A DNA stretch of 63,845 nucleotides from Ylistrum balloti. Lineage: Eukaryota. Positions 61,531-63,845 of this stretch are shown here, piece after piece. Under the pieces are notes generated by a model. The model ran no database searches. It saw nothing but the letters and a program-made list of their open reading frames with translations, and was not told the DNA's origin. The stretch spans positions 992,001 through 1,055,845 of the forward strand of contig NW_026782215.1 of NCBI RefSeq assembly GCF_031769215.1, written 5' to 3'. Within the stretch, counting starts at the first letter, position 1; each line of letters starts with the position of its first letter. The translations under genes and the position numbers were made by a program.

Positions 61531-63845
61531 CTGTGTATTGTATCGTAAATCGCGTATCAGGTTTATACAAACTTGGTTTTCTTTCTCCTAATGATGCTTT
61601 TAACTAAAATGATCAAAACTTGCGCTATTGCCGTCTATGTCGATTTTTAGAAAACCTCAAGTACTGTTTACGCGTATTCAACCTATCACAAGAAACAGAG
61701 ACCTTCGTTCAGAAGAGAACTTATGTCAAGCAGGAGACCCTCCGCAAATGATACGAAGAAATATTGCAAATTCATAACGATTGCCATTTTCTCTCTTCAA
61801 GTAAACTTTCTCTTAATTGCCACCACAGGTGTCCTAAAATGGAAGTATAACTTTGGTATTCAAAACATATTCCGTAAGGATTTACCATAAAATATCATTA
61901 GGATAACGTGCTGTAAGTACAAGAATTGTGTCTAATTCCCTGATAATAGACTTTAGATCTGATTTTTAATCAATAATCATACTTTACTGAATCGCAAGGG
62001 TCGCTCGTACAATGACTTTCATTACCAGCTAAGTTGATTAAGAACCAACGGCTTGGGATAAGAGGTAGGCAACCATCATGGTATAACTCATTGTCATTAT
62101 TTCTGCTAGTTTCAAATCGAGTAATTATCATCGATAGTGTACAGTAAGTGGTATCCTCTTGGTGGTGTGAAATACGCATAGAAGCAACAACTTTTCATCT
62201 GCATAGATATTTTTCTTCTTAAAATCCATATGTGAATGTAAAGGGATACTTATTTGTATCTTTACATACAGATGTACATTATACTTACAAAAGAAACTAG
62301 CTAATTTGATATCGTATATGCCACGAGACATAATATCTGTGTAACAATTATTACGATAAATGTTAAATCGGGATGTCCTTGTCGTAGCTGTTGGCTACCT
62401 TACTGAACAACATTCGCGAGGGCAGTCACAAATGTTAAACAAAGCCGAATCGACTACAGCACTTTGTTGCCATCTTGTAAACACTTTTCCTATAATCTTT
62501 TTATCACTTTGTCTCATTGTTTTCGACTTTAGTGTACGTCAGTGCAAGGACGCTTAACACTGGTGATTTGTCTGATGGAGATGACCGTGTCCAAACTACG
62601 CAAGTGTGTACTTCATACATTCAAGATATTAGCAATGGAATGCCAAATCACAGACGCTAGATCCACTGTACAATTGTGATGACAATCAAGAAAGTTCAAT
62701 TGGCACAACAATTTTTTATCCTGTCTGATGTTACACTGGAGATATAGCAGTGTAAAGGTATTTGTTTGTCAGCTTGCGAACTGTGTAGTTGAGTCTGAGT
62801 CATAATGTCCACAGGAAATTAGAAAAAAAGGATCTCAACGTACCTGTTCGGGAGCTTAAAAGTCCCTAAAACAGAGGCATATGTGTACAGACGTCAGAAA
62901 GAACGCCACGAGATCGTAAAAGCCAATGTCATATGCAGGCGTTTCTGATTTTGATCAAATATTGCAGAAATTATTTAGATAGGCAATTGACTGGGATATA
63001 TATATATACTTTGTAAAGTAACGTCTGATCCCTTGGGCTCCATACTCCCTCTCACCTTAAGATCAGTCAGCAGTTTTTGGAGTATATATCTCCAACAAGA
63101 CAGTTACATAGGAAAAGCCCAAATCAATTTTCTACTAAGTCAGGCCTATTACCATAATATGTAGTTTATCAAACATTTTACAGAGTCGACCAATTAATAC
63201 CCTATTTGTTAATATACAGTTGTATGAATAAAACTTCACACGACAAGAACGCGGGATCTTTGAATGTAATTAAAATAAATTGAAATCAACGACCTGCACC
63301 ATATCGACTGGAACAGGAAACCTGTCACAATTTTCTTAGACTATGTAGACACTAAACACCAATGCCAAATCAAGAAATAAACTATTTTAGGAAGTAATGA
63401 GATCGTTTCGAGACAAAACATTAGGTCCATATTCAGCAAGTCCTGTCTTTTCTCATAGGAATTTCTCATATTACTGACGACACATATCGATAGAAACTGA
63501 ACAGACCTCTGAGTTAAAAGTAAACATTATAGTAAAGTTTTCATGACTGGAGTGTAGGTTTCAGAGAAGTGTCCATCTGCCCTTTACAGGATTATTGGTG
63601 AATACCATCCACCTTAGGACTCTCTTTATATCTTTTTATCTCTGTGAATCTCTATATAATGTTTTTTTTATAGATAAACACCGTTATCACGGTCTCGAGA
63701 TAAATCATGCAGGCACCGTAACCTTAACCATTTAAACATCTAGTGTTAGCAGTGTCTCCTCAGGTAGGCATACGTGAGGTAAGTGTTTCAAACATCCTAT
63801 GTCTTAATACAAAAAGTACTGGTCACAAGGTATATAATTCTTACC

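Noticed and set aside
61970-62179. Minus-strand ORF with exon-like AG/GT boundaries
   Set aside because: No homology recognised and no partner exons found.
63468-63510. CTGACGA...GAAAC hammerhead-like spacing
   Set aside because: No stem II pairing and no NUH-plus-stem I complement.

Overview
AT-rich, intron-containing animal genomic DNA, not prokaryotic. The repeat types and TACATGTA enrichment suggest a mollusc, probably a bivalve (inference). I reconstructed six complete multi-exon genes by hand, all with GT-AG introns and consistent reading frames: an apolipoprotein D-like lipocalin (+), VCPKMT/METTL21D (-), RDM1 (+), CHID1 (-), a C2orf42 homologue (+) and STX18 (+). The window opens in the last exon of a gene ending in three PPxY motifs. 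Non-genic content includes a 2,149-bp internally deleted Academ DNA transposon with long TIRs and a TGA target-site duplication, a ~2-kb 31/33-bp minisatellite, tRNA-derived SINEs and several MITE-like repeats. The most notable signals not explained by the ORF track are three. (i) Two decayed copies of a type I hammerhead ribozyme, one lying sense inside VCPKMT intron 2 with both catalytic guanines lost at CpG sites. (ii) A 39-bp array in CHID1 that multiplies an exon/intron junction, where only the exon-proximal copy carries an in-frame stop. (iii) A tentative intronic H/ACA-like guide hairpin. I cannot claim a new biological system: these are instances or variants of known phenomena, and all family names come from recalled motifs, not database searches.
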